A stretch of DNA of 64,000 bases from Octopus vulgaris (Eukaryota), in NCBI GenBank assembly GCA_951406725.2, contig OX597820.1:14074001-14138000 (forward strand). The letters are read 5' to 3'. The position numbers and the translations under genes are program-made. Positions 52,354-64,000 of the stretch are shown here, one piece after another; the first letter of the stretch is position 1, and each line of letters begins with the position of its first letter. The notes beneath the pieces were generated by a model. That model was not told the origin of the DNA and made no database searches. It saw only the letters and a list, made by a program, of their open reading frames with translations.

Positions 52354-54912
52354 CAGGTATACCTCATCCTACATCGTTAATTGGTTCCACGAAACAAGAA
52401 TTAAGTCAAAAAATGACTTAAGTCAAATTAACTTGTCTTTAGTCTAAACCAATAGTAACCATTCCCAGTTTTGTACTTTATTTATGAATGCATTTTTAAT
52501 AATACATGGTTAATAAAATCCCATTTTAAGCTTACAAACAAATAATTATTATTATTTAATACAGTACAATAAAAAAAAAAGTTATCTATATTTATGAATA
52601 CAATTTGGCGGTGTTTACTGTACATCGCGGATGCTTTATCTATGAATGCGGTTTGCAATAAGACATGGTAAAATAAAAACTTTTTTAAAGCTTAAAATAC
52701 AAATTTAGCAATTATTATTATTTTGCAATAGTAAAAAAAAAACCCTAAATTATTTTAAATTTACCAATACATACATACAATTTGGTGGTTTACATCACGG
52801 ATGTAGATGGCTGTGGATCGTCAACATTAACAGCTGGCTCCGGCTGTTCTTGTTGTTCGATGTGCTTAAGAAACCAGTTGAGAGTTCCTTGAACTGTCTT
52901 CTTTTCCACAAGGATTACATTATAAGGAGCAAAAGCTTCATGACAAACCCCCATAATCTTGGAAAAGCGTTGAACATTTGGATCCATATTTTTGAACAGA
53001 GAAAGACCTTTTACAATATATGCAAATGCTTGCTGCAATTTCTTAATGGTAAAGTGACGTGGTTCAGGTTCGACTTTCTCTTCTTTATTTTGCTGCTCGT
53101 GAAGCTCTATCAAATCCTTGTTTGTCAGGGGCTGCTTGTCTTTTTCAAATAAATCTGTGAAATCCTCCTCCTCCAAATCCATTTCCAGTTCTTTGCTTGT
53201 AGTCATCAACATTTTGTTGATGGCAACATTATCAAACACCTTAAAATCATTCATGAATTGCAGGCATAGCTTCTTCTATGCACCATTCATAGCTGTTCTC
53301 TGTACATCATTCCATGGCGCTGCTATGTTCTGTACAGCCTTGTAGACATCGTATCTCTTTCAAAAGTCACAAAGTGTGATGGACTCATTGAGATCAGTTG
53401 CAGCTTTATACAGTAACGCTTGAAGATAGCAATTATTTCCTGATCCATTGGCTGCAGAAGAGACGTGGTGTTCGGAGAGGGGTATACAACGGCAACATTG
53501 GGGTCAAAATCTATGATGTTTTGAGGGTGGCCAGGAGCATTATCTAAGATAAGTAAAACCTTAACAGGAATCCCCTTCTCCTTACAGTACTTCTCTGCTG
53601 CTGGGATAAAATCATTGAAGAACCAATCTTCAAAAACAACAATAGTAACCCAGGCTTTTGAATTAGCCATCCATATAACAGTGAGAGATGCCTTGGGTAT
53701 GTTCTTCAGGGCCAAGGGTTGTGTACATGATACACAAGTAATGGCTTTAACGTCAAATATCCTGCACAATTACCTCCCAACATAATGGTTACATGTTCTT
53801 ATGAGATCTTGTAGCCTGGAATAGTTTTCTCCTCTTTGGAAATGAATGAACGGTCTGGCAATTTTTTCCAATACAATCCAGTTTCATCTATATTAAAAAT
53901 CTGCTTGGAAAGAAACCCGTTTTCTTCAATGATTTTCTTTAATGCATTATGAAATTCTGCTGCTGCTTGTTCATCAGCTGATGCACTTTCACCTTGCTTC
54001 TTAATGGAGTGATAACTTCTTAACTCCGTAAATAGCATGAACCATCCTTGACTTGCCTTGAACTCTACATCTTGCTCATCTGGATATTTTTTTCTTCAGG
54101 TCCTCAAACAAAGGCAAAGCTTTCTCTTGAATGATTTCTTGATTAATAGTAGCAAGCTGACAATTCAACAATCCAAAGAGAAAGAAGACTTTGCATTTCT
54201 TCAAAGATTTTGCCTCTTTTCTGTTCTTCATCCCTGGGGCTTCAAATTTGATATGTGCTAAAATCTTGTCCTTATTATGTACAATCATTGATACAGTTGT
54301 CTGACTCATCCCAAAAGATTGTGCAACTGCTACCATTTTTTCACCCTTTTCCTGGCGATTTATCATAGCCAGTTTATCTTCCAGCATTATAGCTTGATGC
54401 TTGGCATGTTCCCTGTTAATTTTCTTAGGAACCAAGGGGGCAAAAAATAGAGTCACCAATGAATGAGAATGAGAAAGTAGACGATAAACAGGTGTAAACA
54501 AATCTCAATACAAAACAATTGTGGGAATCACAAGTGACAGTGACGCCTAATGGTAGATATTGGAACTACAGTGCAATATGAGCTCTGAAAGACCAATAAA
54601 TAAGACAACACAGCTAATTTCATGATTTTGTTCACTCAGCTACACTACTTTATGGTGTGTATCTTAACATTTACTGTACATATTTTAATATGGTTTTATA
54701 TGCTGTTATTCTTATTTATTGTACAGTAACATGATTTTATGTACTTTTAATGGTTTTCTAGTGATTTTACTATTCCAATATTTGTGGCGGAAAGATGTAA
54801 GGTCGAGTAAAATTACTTAACTTGATTTTTATTTTTCCATATATTATTTTTGAAAACTGACGTATAATTGAGAACAACTTAAATTGAAATGACTTAAGCT
54901 GAGGTTTACCTC
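52354..54912 (-). mobile_element. Tigger/pogo DNA transposon, apparently full length but decayed
   Basis: TA|CAGGTATACCTC ... GAGGTTTACCTC|TA termini, GACTTAAG subterminal motifs. Confidence 0.85.
52790..54435 (-). pseudogene. Tigger (CENP-B-like HTH + DDE_1, DD32D) transposase pseudogene
   Basis: LEDKLAMI..GEK...FGMSQTTVSMI, FKASQGW, FNIDETGLYWK, LLILDNAPGHP-(32)-NTTSLLQPMDQ. Confidence 0.93.
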
Positions 54913-55167
54913 TATATACATAGAGGGTATATCAGCCAAAACGTTGAGAACAAATATCCATCTAATGTAAATAATGTGCATAATTCCTTGTCTCTTAAAT
55001 ATAGAACTGCATTGTGTCGTATTTGATGATTACAGATTTTTGCAATGAAGGAATGTTCTCATTCTTCTATCAAAATATGTATCTACATAAGTAAGTACAT
55101 GATAATAAATTCAATGGTAAAATAAATTTTGCTCATCATATACTTCCTCTCTTTACAATTTATATAC

Positions 55168-55840
<673 letters not shown>

Positions 55841-55887
55841 TCGCCACAATTCACAAAATATTCCAACCATTCTTTTTGAATATGATT

Positions 55888-56114
55888 ACTCTCTCTTTTT
55901 ACTCTTTTACTTGTTTCAGTCATTTGACTGCGGCCATGCTGGAGCAACGCCTTTAGTCGAGCAAATCGACCCCGGGACTTATTCTTTGTAAGCCCAGTAC
56001 TTATTCTATCGGTCTCTTTTGCCGAACCGCTAAGTGACGGGGACATAAACACACCACCATCAGTTGTCAAGCAATGCTAGAGGGACAAACACAGACACAC
56101 AAACATATACATAC

Positions 56115-56160
<46 letters not shown>

Positions 56161-56321
56161 GACAGGCTTTTTCAGTTTCCGTCTACCAAATCCACTCACA
56201 AGGCATTGGTCGGCCCGGGGCTATAGCAGAAGACACTTGCCCAAGATGCCACGCAGTGGGACTGAACCCGGAACCATGTGATTGGTAAGCAAGCTACTTA
56301 CCACACAGCCACTCCTGCGCC
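55888..56321 (-). mobile_element. Well-preserved SINE family B with a 7-bp TSD
   Basis: TATGATT at 55881-55887 and 56322-56328. Confidence 0.92.
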
Positions 56322-56475
56322 TATGATTCCTGATAATATTTGATTGTGAAAAATATGATAGGGCTTTTTAAACATCAAATGATTAGGTGGGGGAGGGCAT
56401 CTGAGTAAAATAAGAATCAAAGGGGCTCCGTAGGTAAAAAAAAAAAGGGGGGCTGAGAAACACTGATCTGAAGCA

Positions 56476-57350
56476 ATCATCATCATCATCATCATCATAC
56501 TTTATGACAACTGACACCATCACTACCACTTTCACCATATTCACCACCACCACCACCACCATCACTACCACCACTACCACCACCATCACTACCACCAACA
56601 CCACTACCACCATTATCACTACCACCCACACCACCACCACCATCACTACCACCTTCACCACTACCGCCATCACTACCACCTTCACCACTACCGCCACCAT
56701 TATCACTACCACCTACACCACTACCATCACCATCACTACCACTATCCCCACCATCACTGCCACCACCATCACTACTGCCATCACCACCACTACCACGACC
56801 TTTGTCATCATCATCATCAGCATCATCGTTATCTTTGTTATTTACTATTTTGATGGAGCGTTGTGGGTGTGGGGAGGGGTACATTGGCTTTGATTTATTA
56901 ATTTGTTTATTCGTTTATACATTTATTGACTGGTTCCTTCATTCATCAAATCTGTGTTGCCTCCACCCCACCACCACTAACCACCACCACCACTCCTCAA
57001 CCACCGCCACTGCTGGCACCTCATCCACCACTGCCTACACTGCTACCACCACCACTGCCTACACTGCCAGCACCACCACCACCACCCTTCAGCCACTGCC
57101 ACTACCACTGCGATCCCCTCAGCCACCACCACTGCCACCAAAACCACCACCACCACCACCACCACCACCATCGCCACCACTGCCATCGCCACCACCACTG
57201 CTGCGACCGCCATTACCACTGCTACTGCTGCTGCTACCACTGCAACCACCACCTCCACCACCACCAACAACAACAACAACATCGCCACTACCACCGTCGC
57301 CACCACCACCATCACCACTGCTACTGCTGCCACCACCATCACCACCACAG
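56476..57350. repeat. Cryptic (CAC)/(CAT)/(TAC) repeats
   Basis: Visible. Confidence 0.93.
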
Positions 57351-57521
57351 TCCTTCAGCCAGTCACATTACGTAAGCACATCTTAACCTTTCGCCAACGC
57401 CAGCTCCACCCCCCCCTCCCCCACTATATTACCGACACTGCTGCCACCACCACCACCACCACCATCACCCCCTTCATCCTCACCCCTTTTCTCACAACCA
57501 TTCTTACCATCCATCACCTGC

Positions 57522-57765
57522 TTAACCATTTCGATCCCAGCCCGCCTTAAATCCCCTACCCCCATCCCCCACCGGGCAGTATCAAAACTTTCAGCTGGGA
57601 AGCAATCTAAATTAAAAGCTTCCATCAAAATTTCCTTTTAATTTAAATTCCAAACACAAGATTAATAACGACAATGTTATTTTATGAATTTCTTCATTAT
57701 TTTGAAGAATTATTTTGAAACAAAGGCAATATATTTCAGCAGAAATATGGTAACGAGGGGGTTAA
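57522..57765. mobile_element. TTAA-flanked MITE related to the 7931-8622 family (opposite orientation)
   Basis: TTAACCATTTCG ... CAGAAATATGGTAACGAGGGGGTTAA. Confidence 0.7.
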
Positions 57766-57814
57766 GCCCTTCTTTCATCATCTTGCTTCAAGGGCAACAC
57801 AGCTCTCATGAGCA

Positions 57815-58055
57815 TCGTCACCATCATCATCATTTAACGTCCGTTTTTCCATGCTTGTATGGGGTCGGATGGTTTGACAGGAGCTGGCAAGCCAGAGAGC
57901 TGCACCAGGCTCAGATTGTCTGTTTTGGCATGGTTTCATACGGCTTGATGCCCTTCCTAATGCTGACCACTTTACAGAGTGCACTGGATGCTTTTCACAT
58001 GGCACCAACACCAGTGGTTTTTATGTGGCACCAGTACGGGTGCTTTTCACATGAC
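57815..58055 (-). mobile_element. RTE-family 3' end with ~3 short units
   Basis: CATCATTTAACGTCCGTTTTTCCATGC, GATGCCCTTCCTAATGC. Confidence 0.8.
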
Positions 58056-58099
58056 CTTTCACCAATGTCACCTCCACCCCACCCACTATTACCGACATT

Positions 58100-58575
58100 T
58101 CTAGGATGTAATTCCTCCCCTCCTCGGAACTTTCCAGAAAGTAATTCCTCCCCATCCACGGAACTTTCCAGGAAGTAATTCCTGGCCCTCCTCAGAAATT
58201 TCCAGGATGTAATTCCTGCTCCTTGAAACTTTTCAGGAAGAAATTCCTACCCTTCCACCCCTCCTCGGAAATCTCCATGAAGTAATTCCTCCACCTCCTT
58301 GGAAATGTCCAGGAAGTATTCCCTCCCTCTCCTCAGAACTTTCTAGAAAGTAATTCCTCTCCATGCTCGGAAAATTCCAGGATGTAATTCCTCCCTTGCT
58401 CGGAACATTTCAGGAAGTAATCCATCCCCTCCTTGGAACTTTCCAGGAAGCAATTCCTCCCTTCTTCCCCCTCTCAAAACTTTCCAGGAAGTAATTCCTC
58501 TCCTCGGTAATTTCCAGGAAGTAATTCCTTCCCCTCCTCGGAACTTTCCAAGAAGTAATTCTGCCCCTTCCTCCC
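58100..58575. repeat. ~30-36 bp minisatellite (GGAAGTAATTCCTCCCCTCCTCGGAACTTTCCA), ~14 units
   Basis: Visible. Confidence 0.92.
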
Positions 58576-58831
58576 CCTCTGCCACACCTACTCTCTGTTG
58601 CACCACATTCTGTTGGCCAGGGCCATCAACTCTTGCCCTTCTGTTGTTTCGCGGCAACTTCAAAGTACCCGGATCAGAGTCATCCGAATCACAATTTGGC
58701 AAAAACTCAGAGTCAGAATCACCATCGGATGAGTCAAAATCATCAGAAAAGTCTGAACCTGAATCAACAGTACCTCTCGATTCAGCAGCAGCAGCAGCTG
58801 AGGATGTGGGTGTGGTCTGACGTGAAGCAGC
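58343..58831 (-). pseudogene. Stop-free frame with an acidic Ser/Asp-rich segment, possibly a transposase N-terminus
   Basis: DSGSDFSDDFDSSDGDSDSEFLPNCDSDDSD then a basic patch PRNNRRAR; no ATG; runs into the minisatellite. Confidence 0.3.
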
Positions 58832-59174
58832 TCATATACTCGGACGCGACCGCAAATTTGCTGAAGGAGTATCACTGACCTCCGCAGCAGCTGCACCGTT
58901 GACTTATATTGAGCCAAGTTGCTAGAAATAGACGAATCCCCAGCCTGCCCCTTGTCGTTTTAGAAGAGGACACATTGGATAATTTAGTGCTGCGTTCCTC
59001 CTCCACATAGGAAAGCCAGGACAGTCATGGCTGCAATGCTTCTGATTTGATCAAGCATCTCCTCTCTTAGGGCTGACCAAGGGCTAAAGAACACCACACA
59101 CACACACACACACACACACACACCACATATGCACTGTAACAAATTTCACAACTGCAACCCTATATCTGCCACTA

Positions 59175-60094
59175 CCTAGTAGTAGTAGAAGTTGTTGTGG
59201 TAGTGGTGGTGGTAATAGTAGCAGTAGTAGTAGTAGCCGTAGGGCTTGTGGTGGTGGTGTTGTTGTTTGTGGGTGTGGTAGTGGTAGTGAAAGCGGTGGC
59301 AGTGGTAGTAGTAGCTGAAGGACTTGTGGTGGTGGTGATGGTGTTGGTGGTGGTAGAAGTAGTAGTAGCCATAGGGCTTGTGGTGGTGTTGTTGTTGGTG
59401 GTGGTGGTGGTAGTGGTAGTAGTAGCTGAAGGACTTGTGGTGATGGTGGTGTTGGTGGTAGTAGTATTAGGGCTCGTGGTGGTGGTGACAGTAGTAGTAG
59501 TAGTACCATCACTAGCAATACCACTGCTACAATTAATACTGTCATCATTACCACCACCACCACCACCACCACCACCACCACCATCACCAACATCATCACT
59601 TCCACAACCACTCATACAACCACCACCAATACTATCACTGCAAATGACACCACAACCAGCGCCACCATCACTACTACTGCAAACACCACCACCAACGACA
59701 ACATCAACGGTAACAGCAATAAGCCCATAACTACCACCATCACCACCACCACTGTCACCGCCGCCATCACAACCACGACCATCAACAAAAACCCCATCAC
59801 CACCATAGCCACCATCCCCACAACCACCAGCAGCAACAAGAGCAACAGCAATGATAGTAACAACCCCATCACCACCACCACAGCTGCCACCACCACCACA
59901 ACCACCATCACTACAACTACCACCATGCCACAACCACCACCACCACCAAAAACAACAACAACAACAGCAACAGTAGTAACAACCTCATCACTACCATCTC
60001 CACCACAGCCACCCCCCACAACCACCACCACCACCAACAACAGTAAAAATAGCAACAACCCCATCACTACCATCTCCATCACAGCTACCCCCCA

Positions 60095-60127
<33 letters not shown>

Positions 60128-60275
60128 GTAAAAATAGTAACAACCCCATCACTACCATCTCCACCACCACCACAAGCAACAACAACGGCAAAAATAGTAA
60201 CAACTCCATCACTATATCCCCCACCCCCCCCACCACCACCACCACCACCACCACCACCACCATCATCATCACCAA
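59175..60275. repeat. Cryptic (GGT)/(AGT) repeats switching to (CAC)/(CAA)
   Basis: Visible; strand polarity flips near 59505. Confidence 0.93.
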
Positions 60276-60606
60276 GTGTTCTCATGAAACATTGCTATCA
60301 TCCCCCATCGGAACCGAGGGAGATTCATCACCAATGAGTAATATTTATGAATATTCGATAGATCAGCCTGCAAACAATATCAACAACGCTGCATAACTCG
60401 AGCTGGTAATAATGATACTTGTGGATGAGATGGCATTTGACAAATTATTTATTCCTGTTCTCATGCAGTTCTGAAGACATTAAACAACTCCACTAAACGG
60501 GCAACAAGAAAAATAAGTAGAAAATACATGAAGATTACAAAGAAATTATGAGAAAAATCTTGTTATGTTTTGAGCATTAATTTACATGTTTAAGATGTAT
60601 GTGAGC

Positions 60607-60641
<35 letters not shown>

Positions 60642-60671
60642 CCTCTATCTCTAGCTCTCTCTCTCTCTCTC

Positions 60672-60713
<42 letters not shown>

Positions 60714-60718
<5 letters not shown>

Positions 60719-61548
60719 ACGAAAGTGCCACACCCTGGCAGTTGAGGGGACCTGTGGAAGAGGTAGACCCAGGAAAACCTGGGTCGAGGTGGTGAAGCAC
60801 GACCTTCGAACTTTAGGTCTCACCAAGGAAATGACCAGAGACCGAGACCTTTGGAAGTATGCTGTGCGTGAGAAAACCCGGCAAGACCAGTGAGAACAGT
60901 CAAAATCAAAATCAAACCAAATCAATTCATATATCAGAAAGCAGAACCAAATTGAGGTCGATCAACATCAGTGGGAATTGCAGCTGTGGTTAAGCGAACC
61001 ATCCGATCGTGGTCGTTGCCAGCGCCGCCCCGTCTAGCCTCCGTGTCGGTGGCACGTAAAAGCACCATCCGTTCGTGTCCGTTTGCCAGCTCTGTCTGGC
61101 CCCCGTGTCGGTGGCACGTAAAAGCACCATCCGTTCGTGTCCGTTGCCAGCCTCGCCTGGCCCCTGTGCCGGTGACATGTAAAAGCACCATCCGTTTCAT
61201 GGTCGTTTGCCAGCTCTAACTGGCCCCCGTGTTGGTGGCACGTAAAAGCACCATCTGTTTGTGTCCGTTGCCAGCCTCGCCTGGCCCCCGTGCCGGTGAC
61301 ATGTAAAAGCACCATCCGTTCATGGCCGTTTGCCAGCTCTGTCTGGCACCTGTGCGGATGGCACGTAAAAAGCACCCACTACACTCACGGAGTGGTTGGC
61401 GTTAGGAAGGGCATCCAGCCGTAGAAACATTGCCAGATCTGACTGGGCCTGATGAAGCCTTCCAGCTTCACAGACCCCAGTTGAACTGTCCAACCCATGC
61501 TAGCATGGAAAACGGACGCTAAATGATGATGATGATGATGATGATGAT
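60714..61548 (+). mobile_element. Well-preserved 5'-truncated RTE LINE with six ~61-bp UTR units
   Basis: VEGTCGRGRPRKTWVEVVKHDLRTLGL...RDLWKYAV, stop at 60893, (GAT)n tail. Confidence 0.92.
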
Positions 61549-61551
61549 ATA

Positions 61552-61848
61552 TCTCACTGTGACCGACCAGGCTATTAGATGTTGCTACACATCGCTGGTC
61601 ACAATGCACTTTGCATTGTTTTAGCCTTCAAATGATGCCACCCCGCTGGCTAAGCCAACAGAAGAAAGAGTGAGAGAAAGTTGTGGTGAAAGAGTACAGC
61701 AGGGATCACCACCACCCACTGCTGGAGCCTCATGGAGCTTTAGGGATTTTCGCTCAATAAACACTCACAACGCCCAGTCTGGGAATCAAAACTGCGATCC
61801 TACGACCGCGAGTCCGCTGCTCTAACCACTGGGCCATTGCGCCTCCAC
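61552..61848 (-). mobile_element. SINE family C (tRNA-Arg-like head)
   Basis: Minus-strand GGAGGCGCAATGGCCCAGTGGTTAGAGCAGCGGACTCGCGGTCG. Confidence 0.88.
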
Positions 61849-62087
61849 TATATATATATGTCTCTATTTGTGTATTAAGGCAACCGTTGGTTTCATGTTA
61901 AGAAAAATATCTTGATGTCTTAATTGTTCAAGCCAATCAAAATGGAGATAAACTCCATTCCTCAATGTGATTGGCTTGGAAAAATGTTTAAGATATTATG
62001 ATATTTTTCTTGGGAAAAGGATGAACTGTTTTAATTCATAAATTTGTTTTGCAAAATTCTTGATGTGAAATTACATGCTGAAACATA

Positions 62088-62665
62088 CACAGATATGCAG
62101 GAAGTAAATAGACACCTTTAATTTTCAAAATCTTTTATTTGATATTAATTGGTTGAAGGAGAGGTTTTCTTCTAGCTGTTCGTCCATAATACCCAAGCTT
62201 ATGCAGATATGTAACACACGTTCTTGGACTAACTTGTAGCTGTTTTGCAATGTCAGAAGACTTTGAATGGGGTTCGTTTTCCACAATTCTCTTCAAACAG
62301 TGAAGCTTCCTTTCAAAGGGTCCTGGTCAGCCAGGATGAGAATCTGTTGATTCTTTTCCTTGGCTTTTGAATTGCACTATAATTCTATTAACAGTAGCAA
62401 GAGAAATTTGAAGATTTCTGGCAATTTTTTGCTGGCTAAAACCAGCCTTAGATTGCCCAACAATACGACCTCTTTGAAAATCTGACAGTTCTGCTGAACT
62501 TTCTGTGCATGGTATGGTTACTCTTCATAAATGTTTAATATAATGGCATCTGGAATGAAAAAGAATAATTAGATTGTAAATTCTACACCGCTGAAAACAT
62601 ATTAAGACACTTAGATCAGACATTTTGAAAATTAAAGGTGTCTATTTACTTCCTGCATGTCTGTG
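62088..62665 (-). mobile_element. Internally deleted Tc1-like element with 44-bp TIRs and TA TSD
   Basis: TIRs 62088-62131 and 62622-62665 (1 mismatch); minus strand ELSDFQRGRIVG...IARNLQISLATVNRII...ARRKPLL. Confidence 0.92.
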
Positions 62666-62894
62666 TATATTGATATATTTTGGGTGGGTCATTTTCTTTT
62701 TGCCAAATAAACACATGCACTGTAAATTCGTTCTTCACTTCAGCTTTATTATTGTTCTTATTTTTGTGTCCCTTGTCTTAAGTCTTTTGTCACACCTCCT
62801 GTGACCTCTTCAGTGACTCTCCATCCTATGTGTCTCCTCCTGCCCTGTTTTGGTCCATTCTGTCTTTCTAGTAAGCGAGTATGGAAAAGTGGAC

Positions 62895-63325
62895 GTTAAA
62901 TGATGACAACAACAATGATGGTGATGATGCTGATGCTGGTGATGATGATGACGATGAAATCAATAATGATGATGATGATGATGGCGACAATGATAATGGT
63001 GATAATGATGATGATAACGATGAGGATGATGGTGATGATGATGGGATTATGACAATGATGATGATGATGATGGCAATGATGATGATGGCAATGATGATGA
63101 TGACAACAATGATGATGACGACAACAATGATGATGATGATGGTGGTGATGATGGTGGTGGTGATGACGATGATGATGATGAAGACGACAATGATGATGAC
63201 AACGATGATGATGATGAAGATGATACTGCTACTGATGACAACGATGACAATGATGATGATGATGATGATGATGACAATGATGGTGATGACAGGATAGGTG
63301 ATGATGACAATGATGAGGATGCTGA
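62895..63325. repeat. Cryptic (GAT)/(GAC) repeat
   Basis: Visible. Confidence 0.95.
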
Positions 63326-63814
63326 CAACATTATACACGTCCTTTCTTTATTAAGACAAGCGAATGTTCTTTTGAGAGAATTTCGCTACTATTTCCAAAC
63401 ACTCGAAAGACAACCTAGAAGAATCTCTCTCTCTCTCTCATTGGCTCATTAAAATTATTTGTGGTTGAAACTGGTTTATAAGATTTCCTTGGTCCATTAT
63501 ATCAATGATAAAGTCACATGATCTTATCATAATGTTGTCTGGCTATAGAATGATAGATATTGCATTGTGCTATTTTTATATATTGTCTCTCTCTCTCTCT
63601 GATCTTCGTTGCCATAGTCTGCAGTAAGGAATGCGGTAATCATTTGGAGATTGACATTAATGGAAAAGTCAATACATTCTCTGCAAAGTTTTGGTGTGTT
63701 CAGAGATGAGGTGTGTTCACATATTACTAAACTGGCTTCATGGCAAAGCATTGCATTTCTGTGTTGTTCTTATTGCTCTTGTTGTTGTTGCTGTTGTTCT
63801 TTAGCCTTAGTGTA

Positions 63815-63950
63815 GTAGGCTGGTAAAATTGTTAAAGCATTGGATAAAATACCATGAGCTTTTTTAAAACTTTTTCTTCTGGTACTTTGCATTCCGGTTT
63901 CAAATCCTGTCAAAGTCAGTTTTGCCTTTCATCCTTTCAGGGTTGATAAG
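63815..63950 (+). mobile_element. Degenerate SINE family A
   Basis: TTCAAATCC, TTTGCCTTTCATCCTTTCAGGGTTGATAA. Confidence 0.7.
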
Positions 63951-64000
63951 CACATAAACGTGAGACAAGGTGGGAAAAAATAGTACTCAAATACCGGAGG

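Noticed and set aside
52790-54501. Domesticated TIGD/CENP-B-like host gene
   Set aside because: Several frameshifts and retained TA-flanked termini indicate a dead transposon
61010-61380. CRISPR-like look (constant ~22 nt plus variable ~40 nt)
   Set aside because: The variable parts are homologous to each other and the array lies inside a eukaryotic LINE UTR
61775-61848. tRNA-Arg gene
   Set aside because: The tRNA-like head continues into a SINE body shared with 45917-46297; no proper acceptor stem

Overview
AT-rich, repeat-saturated animal genomic DNA. The SINE families, (TA)n/(CA)n/(CAT)n density and TE mix point to an octopus (cephalopod); this is recognition from memory, not a database match. 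It reads as an intron or gene desert: no confident host CDS, and almost all ORFs in the track are microsatellite or SINE artefacts. Recognisable content: a near-intact Tc1 (DD34E), an internally deleted Tc1 and a Tc1 5' fragment, a decayed mariner (DD34D), a Tigger/pogo (DD32D), a Helitron RepHel relic plus a non-autonomous Helitron, TTAA-, hAT- and mariner-type MITEs, RTE, CR1 and R4/Dong LINE 3' ends, three tRNA-derived SINE families, Penelope-like fragments, and 21-, 26- and 33-bp minisatellites. The most interesting signals are RNA-structural. (1) A ~61-nt hairpin plus compact H-type pseudoknot module is tandemly amplified in the 3' UTR of an RTE LINE family and has also seeded a 26-bp minisatellite. 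(2) About seven minimal type I hammerhead-ribozyme-like motifs occur, one with a ~100-nt stem II and one with a variant core. (3) Several long inverted repeats would form dsRNA if transcribed. All structures were folded by eye and none is experimentally or computationally validated.
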